This document shows positions 24,960 through 38,329 of a stretch of 64,000 nt of DNA, one piece after another. The notes below the pieces were generated by a model. It saw only the letters and a list, made by a program, of their open reading frames with translations. It did no database searches and was not told where the DNA came from. Origin of the DNA: Felis catus (Eukaryota); the NCBI RefSeq assembly GCF_018350175.1, contig NC_058368.1:233246001-233310000 (forward strand), written 5' to 3'. Position numbers and translations under genes: made by a program. Every line of letters begins with the position of its first letter. Positions within the stretch are counted from its first letter, which is position 1.

Positions 24960-26520
24960 TAGACAAATGCCAATGACAAGCACAAGGAGAAAATGAATCT
25001 AGACACAGACCTTACACCCTTCACAAAACCATCTCCGAATGGATCCCAAACCTAAATGTAACACACAAGACTCTAAAATTCCCAGATGATGACTTAGATG
25101 CCTAGATGACCCGGGCTTGCGGTGGCTTTTTAGCTACAACACCAGAGACACGATCCATGAGAGGAGGCATCGATAACCTGGACTGTGTGCAAATTAAAAA
25201 CGTCCGCCCCACAAAACACAGCGTCAAGAGAATTAAAAGACAAACCACGGGGTAGGAGAAAGACCTATCTGATAAAGAACTGTTATCCAAAATATACAAA
25301 GAACTCCTAAAACTCAACAACAAGGGAACAAACAACCTGATTAACAAATAGGCCAAAGACTTTAATAGACACGTCACCAAAGATACCCAGATGGCAAAGG
25401 AGCATATGAGAAGATGTGCCACAGGGTGTCGTCAGGGAAGTGCAAATTGAAACAGCAATGCAATACCATTGCACACCTATTCCGATCACCCGGGTCCAGC
25501 ATTTGGAGTCAAATGCTGGCAAGGATGTGGGGCAACGGGAACTGTCATTCGTTGCTGGGAAACACAAAATGGTACAATTACTTTGAAAGACAGTCTAGTG
25601 GTTTCTCACAAAGCTAAACATACTCTTACCGTGCAATCTAGCGATCACACTCCTTGGTATTTATCCAAAGGAGTTGAAAACACATCCACGCAAAAACCTG
25701 TACTCACGTTTATAGCAGTTTTATTCCTGTTTAAGCATTGCTTTCAATGTTTTATTTTATTTCTGAGAGAGAGACAGAGACAGAGTGTGAGCAGGGGAGG
25801 GGCAGAGAGAGAGGGAGACACAGAATCCAAAGCAGGTTCCCGGCTCTGAGCTGCCAGCACAGAGCCCGACGCGGAGCTCGAACTCACAGACCGCGAGATC
25901 CTGACCTGAGCCACCCAGGCGCCCCATAGCAGCTTTATTCATTATCACCCAAACTTGAAGCATCCAGAATGTCCTTCAGTAGGTGATTAGATAAGTAAAC
26001 TGTGGTCCATCCAGACGATAGAATATTTTTCAGCGCTAAAAAGAAATGAGCTAACAAGCCATTAAAACATGGAAGAAACTTAAGTGCATATTACTAAGTG
26101 AAAGAGGCCAATCTGAAAAGGCTACGTATTGTATGATTCCGACTAATGACATTCTGGAAAAGACAGAACTATGGAGACAGTACAAATATCAGTGTCTGTA
26201 GGGAGCTGGTGGGCAGTGTAGGGAGGGAGACGGGCATAGCACTGAGGATTTGTAGGGCAGTGAAAATACTCAGTATCTTATTGTAATAATGGATATATGT
26301 CGTTACGCATTTGTCCAAATCCAAGAGTGAATCTTAATGTAAACGCTGGGTGATGATGATGTGCCCGTGAAAGTTCATCTCAGGCTAAGAAAACGGAACC
26401 ATTCTGGCGAGGGACATAGATAGTGGGGGAGGCTCTGCGTGCCGAGGGCAGGGGTGAGGGAAATCTCTGCGCCTCCTTCCCAGTTTTGTCGTAAACCTAG
26501 AGGTTGTGAAAACAAAGACT
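24960..26520 (+). mobile_element. Old L1 (L1MB/MC-type) ORF2 end and 3'UTR with a minus-strand SINEC at 25742-25925
   Basis: GACCTTACACCCTTCACAAAA, AAAATATACAAAGAACTCCTAAAACTCAACAA and ACTAAGTGAAAGAGGCCAATCTGAAAAGGCTAC motifs. Confidence 0.9.
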
Positions 26521-26548
26521 TCAAAGAACGGGGGGCGGGGGGGCACGG

Positions 26549-26996
26549 AGGGGCCCCTGCGTGGTTCGGTCAGTTAAGCCTCTGACTCTTGATTTCAGCT
26601 CAGGTCATGATCTCACACTCTGTGAGTTCGAGCCCCGTGTCGGGCTCTGTGCCGACAGCTCGGAGCCTGGAGCCCGCTTCAGATTCTGTGTCTCCCTCTC
26701 TCTCTGCCCCTCCCCTGCTCACACACTGTCTCTCTCAAAAATAATTAAAGTTAAAAAAAATTTTTTAATAAAAATGTAAAGAGGGGCGCCTGGGTGGCTC
26801 AGTCGGTTAAGCGTCCGACTTCAGCCAGGTCACCATCTCGCGGTCCGTGAGTTTGAGCCCCGCGTCAGGCTCTGGGCTGATGGCTCAGAGCCTGGAGCCT
26901 GTTTCAGATTCTGTGTCTCCCTCTCTCTCTGCCCCTCCCCCGTTCATGCTCTGTCTCTCTCTGTCCCAAAAATAAATAAACGTTGAAAAAAAAAAA
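26549..26996 (+). mobile_element. Tandem SINECs: young SINEC_Fc (26783-26996) inserted at the tail of an older copy
   Basis: TSD AAAAATGTAAAGA flanks the second copy. Confidence 0.9.
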
Positions 26997-27004
26997 TGTA
27001 AAGA

Positions 27005-27688
27005 TTAACCATACCAAGTGCCGGTGAGGATGTGCAGCATAGGAACGCTCTAACCTCGTCAGAAAACAGTTTGGCAGATTCTTAAAAAGTTAAACACACA
27101 TCCTCACACGACCCAGTTATTTCATACCTGGGCATTTGCTGAAGAGTAGAAAAGTCTATGTCCACACAATTCCTGTACGCCAATGTCATAGCAGCTTTAT
27201 TCAGAAAGCTAACTGGAAATACTTTGGAAACAATGGGAAATAGCTGGAAAGATCCAAATGGTTACCAACAGGTAAATGGATAAACAAACTGTGATGTAGC
27301 CATTCAATGCAACACAACTCAACCACAAAAAGGATTAAACTACTGATTGCACACAACAATATGAATAAATTGCAAAATAATTATGACCCAAATAAGCTAG
27401 AAAACAAGACAGTACGTAACGTATGATTCCATTTATAGAAAGTTCTAGAAAATGCAAAGTGACGTGTAATGACACCAAGCAGCTCAGTGGCTTTTTGAGA
27501 CAGGGCTACTGGTATGAAGTGAGGCATGTATTTCAAAGGGACGCAAGAAAACTTTTGGAGTTCATTATCTTGATTTTTTTTGATAGTTTCAAAAAGACGT
27601 CAAAGATCATCAAATTGTGCACATTAAGTATGTGCATTTTATTGGATGTCTGTTATCTTTCAATAAAACTGTAAAAAAAAAAAAAAAG
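27005..27688 (+). mobile_element. Old L1 3' end
   Basis: GGTGAGGATGTG, AAATGGATAAACAAACTGTG, TATGATTCCATTTATAGAAAGTTC, then AATAAA and poly(A). Confidence 0.8.
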
Positions 27689-27727
27689 GTAATTTGTTTC
27701 CTAAGTAAAAGATCTGTGATACAATAA

Positions 27728-28103
27728 CCATCACGGCCTGAGTTATGTCCCCCCGATATCCCTGTGCTAAAGTTGTAACACAGTGCCCCAGAATGTGACT
27801 GTTTTTGGAGACAGGACCTTTGAAGAGAGAATGAAGTTACAATCAGGTCATTGGGGTGGGTCCTAATCCGATATTACTGGTGTCCTTCTAAGAGGGGGCA
27901 TTAGGACACAGACACACACAGAGAGTTCCTATGTGAACCCACAAGGAAAAGACAGACCACTAAGCCAAGGAGAGAGGCCTGAGAAGAAATCAACTCTGCC
28001 GGCTTCTTGATCTCCGATTTGCAGGCCCTAGAGCTGTAACATGATGCATTCCTGCTGTTTAAGGCCCCGGGTCTGTGGCACTGTCCCCAGGAGACTAACA
28101 CAA
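27728..28103 (+). mobile_element. MaLR LTR (MLT1B-like)
   Basis: CAGAATGTGACTGTTTTTGGAGACAGG, GGTGGGTCCTAATCC, ACTGGTGTCCTT, AAGCCAAGGAGAGAGGCC, ending ACTAACACA. Confidence 0.85.
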
Positions 28104-28244
28104 TAATTCGCATAAACTTGCAGAATTCGACATTTTCTCTTTCTAATGTCTATTAGGCTTTTTATTGTCTAGTAACGTACATAAGAAAAGGAGGAACCAA
28201 ATATTTGACAAAAGTTATATCCGCAGTTAGAATACAAGCATCTA

Positions 28245-28458
28245 GGGGTGCCTGGGTGGTGCAGTTGGTTAAGCGTCCGACTTCAGCCAGGTCACGATCT
28301 CGCGGTCCGTGGGTTCGAGCCCCGCGTCGGGCTCTGGGCTGATGGCTCAGAGCCTGGAGCCTGTTTCGATTCTGTGTCTCCCTCTCTCTCTGCCCCTCCC
28401 CCGTTCATGCTCTCTCTCTGTCCCAAAAATAAATAAACGTTGAAAAAAAAAAAAAAAA
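28245..28458 (+). mobile_element. Young SINEC_Fc with TSD
   Basis: TSD AGAATAC(A/G)AGCATCT. Confidence 0.95.
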
Positions 28459-29639
28459 GAATACGAGCATCTGCCTAGAATTTTCTAATTTTCCAAAACA
28501 ATCCCACGTATCTTTCCTATCTCAGTAGAAGATTTGCTGGCAGCTTTCCCCCTCTGTCTATAATATTAGCTCAAACTCGAATGACCCACGTGCCGAGGAG
28601 CGGGAAAACCATAGCATTTATTACAGGAGGGAGAGCTCAGGTGTCCGAGACCTTGGCTGCCTGCATGCACAGAGGAGGACCGGGGGCTCCCAGGGATTTA
28701 TTGACTTATTGAGATGGTAGGAGAGTCCACCCTGGAACCAGCCCCGTAACCCGGGGTTCCTTGGCATCTAAATCCCATGATGTCTGCAGATAAAAGTGTG
28801 TGTGCGTTCACGGTCTTTCTAGGATCGCGCAACACTGACCGATCTCACACCAGACCAGCTGGGGCATACAATCGCCCCTGTGGCATTTCAAACAACCTGT
28901 ATCCCAGCCCATTTCTCAACGAATACTTACACCAATTTGTAAGTGATCTAACCTAATAGATCCTCTCCCCAGTCTGAGCTCGCCGCTTGGTAATCCAGGC
29001 AAAGCGGCTTCCCGGGGCTGTGGAGAGCATACAGCTCTTTGAAATGTGAGCCATATGAGGGAGCCCTAGAGGTTTATGTGACATTTGTAACACAATCCAG
29101 TTCCTAAATCATTCCCACATGTGAGGTTCAAAGTAAACGCTGTGCTCCCCTGCTATCATTTTCAATTGCGTGGCCCTTGGGGCTAAATCCGGAAAGCTAA
29201 GGAAATGGCTGTTTCCAGTATGCAGGTAAATTGTCGAGCTTCAACTGCCTCATCAGTTTTAGGCTTGTTCCCCTGGCAAAGCTGCTATGCTTTGGGTTTC
29301 ATTTCACTCGCTTCTCTGTCCGTCTTTTTGCAATTATTTCAATTTATCTGGACGCTGGCCTTGCCGCCCGCTGGTGCCACAGACACCAGTGGAGAGACCC
29401 TCTGTCCTCCCGGACAGGACGCCGTGTGCATCGTCTGTCGTAGTCAGCGCTCCAGCCTCTCTGTGTCCCCACGGCCGCAGCTCTGGATGTGGCTCTGTCA
29501 CCTGACTCGCTTCCACCTGATGCTCCCGTGGTCAGAGTCTGTCATCGATGCCGCATGGCCACTTAGCACTGTCTGAGGCTGTGCGTGTTGTCTTTGGCTC
29601 TGTCGAGTGAAGGCTCCGGGACAGCAAGGACTTCTGTGA

Positions 29640-30420
29640 TGGACCCGCTTGCTGTGGTGTCCCCGGCTCTTAGCACAGGCCTGGCACCCACAAAACAGCT
29701 GTCAGTGATCGTTCACGGAATGATGAGAAAACAAGCCCGTGGTTACTTGACCTTCCTTCCTTCCTTCCTTCCTTCCTTCCTTCCTTCCTTCCATTTTGTC
29801 AGCATTTCTGGATAGCCCGCTGTGCACCATTCACAGGGAATATGTGGGCACAGTGATATGGTCCAAGGCAGAACGGAACCTAGAGTTCAGTGAGGAGGCA
29901 TCCTGGGAATAATGTCGACCCAGGACGGTCACTGACTATTGGGTTGGTGACAAGATGTCGTGACCACATCAGCCAAGGACCCATTGAGCTGAAATTACGG
30001 CAGCTACTCCAATCAGGTGGACCCTGAACTGGGTCCCGAGGGACAGAGAGGAGTTGGCCAAATAGACAAGCAGGGATGGGGTGGAGGAAGAGTCATTGCA
30101 AACACCAGGTACGGTGTTTTCAAAGGAACAGAAACCCGCGAGCATAGCACATTTTTCAGCAGGTAGAAGCAATTTCTCAGTGCTCAAAATGAGATCTGAG
30201 TAGCGATGGTAGAAATGACAGAGCAAATAGGCGGGGGCACGTATTTTCAACACTTCCAGTACTTTGTAACATACTATACTGCGAGCTATCCAGTATTTAT
30301 CAAGTTGTTATTAAATTACTTATCGATTCATATCATTGTCTCCCACTCAAGACCGTGCATTCCTTGAGGATCACCTCACAAGGAGCAGGTTTGTAAGTGT
30401 TGCTCAATGGGTGTTTGTTG
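29640..30420. mobile_element. L2 fragments, with (CCTT)n at ~29751-29792
   Basis: L2 3'-end motif CTTAGCACAGGCCTGGCAC and body motifs. Confidence 0.55.
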
Positions 30421-30600
30421 GATGGATGGGTGGATGGATGATAGATGGATAGATGATAGATAGATGAGTGGGTAGATGGATGGATGATGGGTAGACGGGT
30501 GGATGATAGATGGATGATGAATGCATAGATGTTGGATGGATGGGGGTTGTGTGGGCGTGTGTGGGCGGGTGGGTGGATCCACAGACCAATGGATAGATGA
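30418..30600. repeat. Degenerate (TGGA/TAGA)n repeat
   Basis: Direct reading. Confidence 0.85.
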
Positions 30601-32632
30601 ATAAATATGTACGTTAAACTGAAAATACACAGTTCCCAACTTTGTAGCTGAGGATCCCCATGATTCCCCTTCTCCTATAGCCGCTCTGCTCCTCCTCGGC
30701 TGTCTCTGCCAGATGCCTCCAGCCTCAAGAGACTCTTCCTTCCAACCACCCAGCTTTCCCAGCCAAGTGATGCCGAGGGGCTGGGAAAGGTCACAGAGCC
30801 CGTTCTTTCCCACAGCCTCAGCGCGGAGGGTGGAAGGATTCTTCCCCCGAGGCTGGAAAGGCACCCGTGGGGGGACATCATTCGATTAGGGTCCACGTTG
30901 TAAACCAAGCCGGGGGGGTGACTAAGGAATGTCAGTATCCCTGAAAGCAACCTCACCTCCCCGGGCTCCGGCCCTGTGCCTTCATTGCTATCAGCAGACT
31001 CGTCCAAATTCTCGGCTGCTGCTCTGGCCCTCGGGTGGGAAGGTCCCCGCTCATCCCTGAGAACGCCACGAATACGCCACTAAGCAGCCACGCGAATATA
31101 ATGTTTTTATATTCATTAGCCTTCCTGTCTTGGCCCTACGACTCTCACATCCCACCCCTTCTTGCTGAACACAAATTGGCCAAACCAAGGCTGATTAGGT
31201 GTCCAAAGGGAAAAAAAAAATCCTTTTTCTTTTGAGAACCGTCTTTGACTCTTCCATTAACTAGCTAAACTTAGGCTGACCCACTTATTAGGGCTCTGTA
31301 AGAAGTCACCCCTTCTTTCCCAAGGCAGAGCGTTCCTAGGGCGTGATATCGAGCTCTGGAATTCCGATAAAAGATTTGTAGCTAACCGTTCTGTGTTCTG
31401 GTTCGCCCTCTTTCGCCAAAAGCATACACGGCCCCACGCCAAGCCAGGTGTTTGTCAGCAAGGAGAACTGGGACACAGGGCGTTCTAATATGGGCCCAAG
31501 AGCCTGGGGGCTGCAGCTCAGGTCACCTTTGGTGCGTCGGCAAGAGGAATCGAGCCGCACTTAGGCGCTGTTGGAGTGCCTCTAAGAAGCCAGGGCATTT
31601 GCTGCTAGATGGGGGAATATTTTGAGTTTTGGTTACCAATATTTCACTTAGCCGGCAAATAGAACTGCAGATCTGATATTCTTAGAAAGAAAGTGGGCCA
31701 GAGGCACCTCCCTCCATTGCCCCCTTGATCTTTTAGAGTTCATATTCAATGACTTTGTCCCAGAGAATTATAACAAATGCTGGATACTGGGCCCCAAGTT
31801 ATTCAAGTACATCCACGCATCACCGAGGGGCTCACATGGCTGCTTAAATAGCCGCGTGTTCCCAAACAGTTGGATGTGTGGCATTATTGTATTCTATTAT
31901 CATGGGTCGAGTCATGTCATCCTCTGGATTTTTCTAGTCCAGCTTCAAGTTGACACTCACCAGTCCATCCCTGTGACCATTAATTAGGCACATGCAGGCG
32001 AGGCATCCCCTGCCGCACGCCCAGCGTATTTATCCGTAGTTGCTATTAAACAAGGGTACGCTGGAGAAAACAATCTGTCTATGTGGCGAAGTCCCTGAGC
32101 TGTGGTGGGTCCTGTGATAGAGAGTTCACATATTTTCCTTGGAAACTTCTTCACAAAGAAACTACTACTCCCGACTTCCCCTTGAAAATACAGAAGAAAT
32201 AAAATTCCCAACAATCTACAGGGATGTTCTGAAATAAAGGCAGAATTTAACCTCTCTGATACACAACGGAGTCATGCTCTTTGTTAAAATCATCCATCCG
32301 GAAATATAAAACATGATTTAGACCTTTTCTGAACCTGTTCCTTTACCTGTTAACCTTCGGAAAGTGAATTAAAGCTGGTGGAAGGTGCTGAGTTAACTGC
32401 AATTGAATCAAGGACCATGGAGACAGATGTCTGTTCCGGAACCATGCGGTGGGCTGGGCACTTGCCAGGGGAACTAAAAACATATCGCAACGACCTTGCC
32501 GTATACCAATGCTCCTCTCAAATTCAGAGCACACCCATCCACAAAATGTTCCTCCAGGAACAATTGTAAAAGTGACAGTAATCGCAGAAGAGTAGCAACG
32601 GTGGTGCTAAAAGATACTAACACCATTTTAAA

Positions 32633-32850
32633 TTTTTTTTAAGTTTATTTATTTTGAGAGAAAGAGTGGGGGTGGGGGTGGGGGCGCTCGACCGGGGGAG
32701 GGGCAGAGAAAGAGGGAGAGACAGAATCCCAAGCCAGCCCCACACTGTCGGCACGGAGTCCGACGCGGGGCTCGAACCCACGAGCCAGGAGATCATGACC
32801 TGAGCTGAAATCAAGAGTTGGATGACTGGCTGAGCCACCCAGGCGCCCCC
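32633..32850 (-). mobile_element. SINEC with TSD
   Basis: TSD ACACCATTTTAAAT. Confidence 0.9.
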
Positions 32851-34382
32851 GTACTTACACCATTTTAAATGCCTATTTTGCTCTGACACTTTACGCGTGG
32901 AAACTCAGATGATGGGACCATCATCAACTCCAATTCATTCAGGTTAAAACTCCCATCCAGTTGCCAATATTGGTACAGACTTAAAAATGTTCCCCAGACG
33001 TAGGCAACGTGACACAGGGCTTTCACCCAAAGCCTGCCGGTCAGAGTTCCGGGTCATGTGAACGTGCGAAGGCAGCCCGAGAGGTGACTGTATCACGAGG
33101 CTTCACGTGTCTTGCTTCCCTACAGGCTCCAGCTCAAACTGCTGTCAGGATTCTTTACAGAGAAAAAAAATTACAAGTGTCGTTTCGCATACATCGTTCA
33201 CTTTATAAGGAACCCCCAAAGAAACGCTACGCAAGTAAGTCTCATCTTGCACGGCCGGAGTGGGCGAGCGTCCTGGGTTTTTCTGGTGGGTGGTTTGGGC
33301 TGGTTTTTTGGCTTTTTCGGAAAACCCGTACCAAAAGTGTGGGTGGTCTGACTGGTAAGTGGGACTGGAAGCCATGAAGACACATGAAATCGCTTGGCCT
33401 TGTAAAGCCTTGTTCGTCATACGCTACTGGAAAATGAGGATTGCATTTGCTCTTGGCCTGTCGTCTAATACGCACAACAGAGATCAGCTTTGGTTACATG
33501 CACCTGAAAATTGAAGTTACAGAAGGTGAATGTTCAGAAATCAGAGTGCAGTTTAATTCAGAAGGGACACGACGCATTTTCTCTTCTATTTGAGGTGACT
33601 TAAGGAAAGATGCGGGGCTGTCTGCTTCGCAATAATTGGGTGGAAGACCCCAGTGGCGATCACACTGGTCGCCAGCGACCTTCAGATTTTATAGTCCCCC
33701 CAAGCAGGCGCCCCTCACACTGGCCACGCCATGGCCGGGTGTCAGGAAAACACATGCATGACCGTGAGCAGTCCCATTTCCTCCCTGGGTTTTCGCGGCT
33801 GGCGGACGGTTCCATCAGACCTGGTGGCCCCTACGTGGCCGCGTAGCAAGTCAGAGGGAATGAAACCTTCCTGACCAAATTCCCCTTCGTTTTCGGACTC
33901 CTGTATGACAGCAGACTTGAAATAACCACGTCAGCAACCCCACACTCACCCTCTGTCATTCTTCGGGAGTGTCAGACGCGGAACGATGAAAAAAGGGCAC
34001 TTTTTGTAAATGGCAGAAACAAAGGAAACAGCAGCCATGGGGTAGATGTTTTGCATTTTCACATAGTAACGAAAAGAAAGCGTGTTCAGAAAATGGCAAA
34101 ATTTGTATGTTTTGCCTTCTCCTGCATTTTTTTTTAATCGCAAATCTTCCTCCCACAAGATAGAAAGGTTTTCCCTCACGACGCTGTGTTATTTATAGTG
34201 TGACCCCATGCTGCGTCCTCTTTCTGGGCCAGCAGTGACCTACCTAATACATTTCACACCTCGAGCAGTTCATGGTTTAACACCATCTCCTCCTCTACGG
34301 AACAGAAGTAGTAATCATGTTAATGAAACACATAATAATAATAATGGCAGGGGAGAAATGCAGTGAAAATGTCTTTTTAATC

Positions 34383-34592
34383 TTTTTTTTTTTAATGTTT
34401 ATTTATTTTTGAGAGAGAGAGCGCATGTGAGCAGGGGAGGGACAGAGAGAGAGGGAGACGCAGAATCCCAAGCAGGCTCCAGGCTCCGAGCTGTCAGCAC
34501 AGAGCCCGACAAGGGGCTCGAACCCACGAACCGTGAGATCATGACCTGAGCCAAAGCCGGATGCTCAACCGACTGAGCCACCCAGGAGCCCC
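34383..34592 (-). mobile_element. SINEC with TSD
   Basis: TSD AAAATGTCTTTTT. Confidence 0.9.
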
Positions 34593-35233
34593 AAAATGTC
34601 TTTTTTACTGAACTCGATATAGTATATATAATCACGTCAGTTAGAAATACAAAGTATAATAAACATTATAATAAAAGATACACTAATACACGTTTTGAAA
34701 AAACCAGGGAAACTTATAGCTATGTATTGGTCTAACATCTTAATGAATTATATTGCAATGTCTGTTTTCGATACTTAACTTCTTGCATTTTCATGTTCAA
34801 TGGACATAGAACAAGATCTGTCATGTCTCTTCACCCATAGTTAATCAAAAAAGCACTTCCTAAATTTTAATTTTGAAAAATTGTTTGCACATGAGAGAAC
34901 AGATCTGTGAATGTTAGGAAGGTCTTACCTACCAGGGTAACATTGTCAGAGATTTATAAAAATCACATCACAATAAATTCCAGAAACTGAATACTGTTGA
35001 TATCTTTGTTTCAAATGTCTCTGCAGTTGAAGTATTGTCCCTAAGATAGCTGCACCGGAAAATTCACCATAAATTTCTACTAAGGGAAAACATGCAAAGG
35101 AATCTCAGAAAACGGCTGAATATTAACGAACATTGAGAATGTTTATTCCATTGTTTTATTATTTTTTAATTAAAAAAATTTTAGTGCTTATTTTTGAGAA
35201 ACAGAGTGAGTTTTAGGGGTTTTTTAAAAATAT

Positions 35234-35443
35234 TTTTTAATGTGTTTTTTTGAGAGAGAGAGAGAGAGAGAGAGCATGAGCAGGGGGAGGGACAGAGAGA
35301 GAGAGGGAGACACAGAATCCAAAGCAGGCTCCAGGCTCTGAGCTGTCAGCACAGAACCCAATGTGGGGCTCGAATCCACGAACTGTAAGATCCTGACCTG
35401 AGCCGAAGCTGGACGCTTAACCGTCTGAGTGCCCAGACGCCCC
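35234..35443 (-). mobile_element. SINEC
   Basis: Reverse-complement body ending GACGCCCC. Confidence 0.9.
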
Positions 35444-36249
35444 TTTAGAAGTGTCCAGTTCTCGGTGAAATTAACAAAAATATTCAAACAAGTCCTGCCG
35501 TTCCTTCTGGCAAGAAAAGGCCAGCATCCTTTGTCCTCTGCCCTGACCTTCTGCCTTGAAGTTTGATTATTTTCTTTCTGTGTGAATTTCCATTTACTTA
35601 CATATTATTAGCATAGTTAATGGTGTTCTCTACAAGGTCTGTGTGCTGATCTTCAAGGAACAATTTTAAAGCCTGAGTTTTACTATACGATTTTTACGGT
35701 TGAATCTGGATGTTTGTAAATATTTTCTATCTGATTTACTTGATTTAAAATCTCACATCCGAAAAAAAAAAGTGGCTCAGGAACAAACATCACGTTACAG
35801 CAGAAAACAAAATCTTAGGAGCATCTCCGGTGGCCGCGTTGAGGTTCAGATTGTAAATGCACTTCAAAGGCTGAGGTAGACTTTTCAACATTGGTTTTGG
35901 CTCCATGCAGAGCTTTGTGATGAACGTATTCAGCAGGGGGAGACGTTTCTTGGTTATACCCCTAGTTTAGAGCATTTCTCGCCTGTATTATTTATAAGGA
36001 AAGGAATAAATTATTGTTTTCCAGATGTTACAGAAGTCACCGCGAAGGAAAACTTCCAGCGGCCGTCCGGAACAACAGAAATGAAGTAACTCAAGTTCTG
36101 TTTCCTTGTGTTTATAATGTCTATGCTGCCATTTGAAATTTTGAACTTCTTGTTTACATGCAGCACTATATAATTCTGAGGCTGGTACCCAGGGCAGGCT
36201 CTAACAATGCTGAACTCCTACACATTTCCTCCCAAAATAAATGCAGGAA

Positions 36250-36845
36250 CTTTGACTCGTGGCTGGTGGGAATGCAAAATGAGACAGCTGCCTCGGAAGA
36301 CAGTCTGGAAGTTTCTTAGAATTTTAAGAAAAGAAAATGAAATAAAACCTTAGTCTTTGACCCGGAAATCCCACTCCTATGTGTTTAACCAAGTGAATCG
36401 AAATCTTATGTTTACACAGATTTCCCTCAATAGGCGAGTGAATAAACAGCCATATATTCATACAGCAGTATACTACTTAGTGATAAAAAGGAACCAGATA
36501 TTAATTCACACAACTACATGGATGAATCTTAAAGACAGTTTGCCAAATTAAAGAAGACTTAGCCAAAAAGTTACCTGTTGTATAATTCTAATCATATCAC
36601 ACAGTCTGGAAAAGGCAAAAATTATAGGTATTAAAAAGAGATCAGTGGGGGGTGCCTGCGTGGCTTAGTTATGATCACGGCCATGATCTCACCATTAGTG
36701 AGTTCGAGCCCCGCGTCGGATTCTGTGTCTCCCCATGCTCTGCCCCTCCCCTGCTCATGCTCTGTCTCTCTCTGTCTCTCAAAAATGAATAAACGTTAAA
36801 AGAAAAATTAAAAAAAAAGAGAGTTCAGCGGTTGTCAAGGCTTTG
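36250..36845 (+). mobile_element. Old L1 3' fragment with an internally deleted SINEC (36648-36818)
   Basis: GCTGGTGGGAATGCAAAATG, ACATGGATGAATCTTAAA, CTGGAAAAGGCAAAATTATAGG. Confidence 0.75.
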
Positions 36846-36913
36846 TTAATAAAAGCAATCAGCACTCTGGCAACAGGGCTTGTAATGTGTGAGAGTTAAG
36901 AAATGAAAATCAA

Positions 36914-37330
36914 GGGCACCTGGGGGGCTCGGGCAGTTCAGCGTCGACTCTTGATTTGGGGTCAAGTTGTGATCTCACGGTTCATGAGATCGAGCCCTGA
37001 GTCCCACTCTGTGCTGACAGTGCAGAACCTGCTTGGGATTCTCTCTCCTTCTCTCTCTCTCTCAAAACAAATAAATAAAACTTAAAAAAACATGGGCGAC
37101 TGGGTGACGCGGTTGGTTAAGCATCTGACTTCGGCTCAGGTCATGATCTCGCGGTCCGTGAGTTCGAGCCCCATATTGGGCTTTGTGCTGACAGCTCGGA
37201 GCCTGGAGCCTGCTTCAGGTTCTGTGTCTCCCTCTCTCTATTCCCCTCCCTTGCTCACTCTCTCTCTCTCTCTCTCTCTCTCAACATTAAAAAATATTTT
37301 TAAAAAAACCTAAAACTTAAAAAAAAATAA
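36914..37330 (+). mobile_element. Two tandem SINECs (36914-37091, 37094-37330)
   Basis: Two heads and tails; flanking AAATGAAAATC duplication. Confidence 0.9.
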
Positions 37331-37334
37331 ATGA

Positions 37335-37574
37335 AAATCTAAGGACAACCAATCACAGTCAACTAGGCTATCCCCAAAAATACAACCACTTAAGCTATAG
37401 CCAACCAAATAATTTCCTCACTTTGCTTTCCTTTCTTTTCTAGAAAAGTCTTTCTCCTAGATCCTGTCTGTGGAGCACTCCTAACAACTTCTGTTTTGGT
37501 GCTGCCCGATTCAAATTGGTTTTTGTTCAAATAAAATCTTGGAATCTTCACTATGCCTCAGTTGATCTTTACCA
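37335..37574 (+). mobile_element. ERV1 LTR 3' part (MER34-like)
   Basis: CCAATC box, TTTGGTGCTGCCCGATTC, CAAATAAAATCTT...TGCCTCAGTTGATCTTTACCA ending. Confidence 0.65.
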
Positions 37575-37956
37575 GTGTATACAATGGAATATTATTCATC
37601 CGCGAGGAGGAAGGAAATCCTACCATGTGTGACAACATGGATGAACATAGAGAACATTATGCTGAGATAAGCCTGACAGAGAAACACGAATACTATATAA
37701 TCTCACTTAAATGTGGAATGTAAAAAAAAAAAAAAAAACCAAAAGGCCAAAGTCCTAGAAATGGAGAGTAGCCTGTGGTTGCCAGGGGCTGGAGGGTAAA
37801 GAAATGGGGAGACATTGGTCAAGGAGTCAAGTCTTCAGTTATGAGATGAGTCAGTTCTGGGGAATCTAATGTACTGCGTGGTGACTACAATTAGTAGTAC
37901 AGTATTGTATACTTGAAATTTGTTGAGAGTAAATCTTAAGTGTTCTCATCTAACAT

Positions 37957-37991
<35 letters not shown>

Positions 37992-38091
37992 TGGTAATCA
38001 TATGAGGTGATGTGTTAACCTGATTGTGGTAATCACTTCACAAAATATATGTATATCAGATCATCAGATTACACAACTTATTCTTTTATTT

Positions 38092-38168
<77 letters not shown>

Positions 38169-38310
38169 AGAGGGAGAGAGAGAGAGGGAGGGAGAGGATC
38201 CTAAACTGAAATCAAGAGCCACACGCTCAACCAACTGAGCCACCCCGGGGCCCCTATATTTTCAATACATACAATTTTATTTGTTAATTATACCTTAATA
38301 AAGCTGAGAA
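37575..38310 (+). mobile_element. L1MA/MB-type 3' end with (CA)n and a minus-strand SINEC remnant with (GA)n (38083-38254)
   Basis: ATACAATGGAATATTATTCA, GTGACAACATGGATGAAC, GTATACTTGAAATTTG, AATAAAGCTG. Confidence 0.85.
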
Positions 38311-38329
38311 AATCTTGAACAATTAACTT

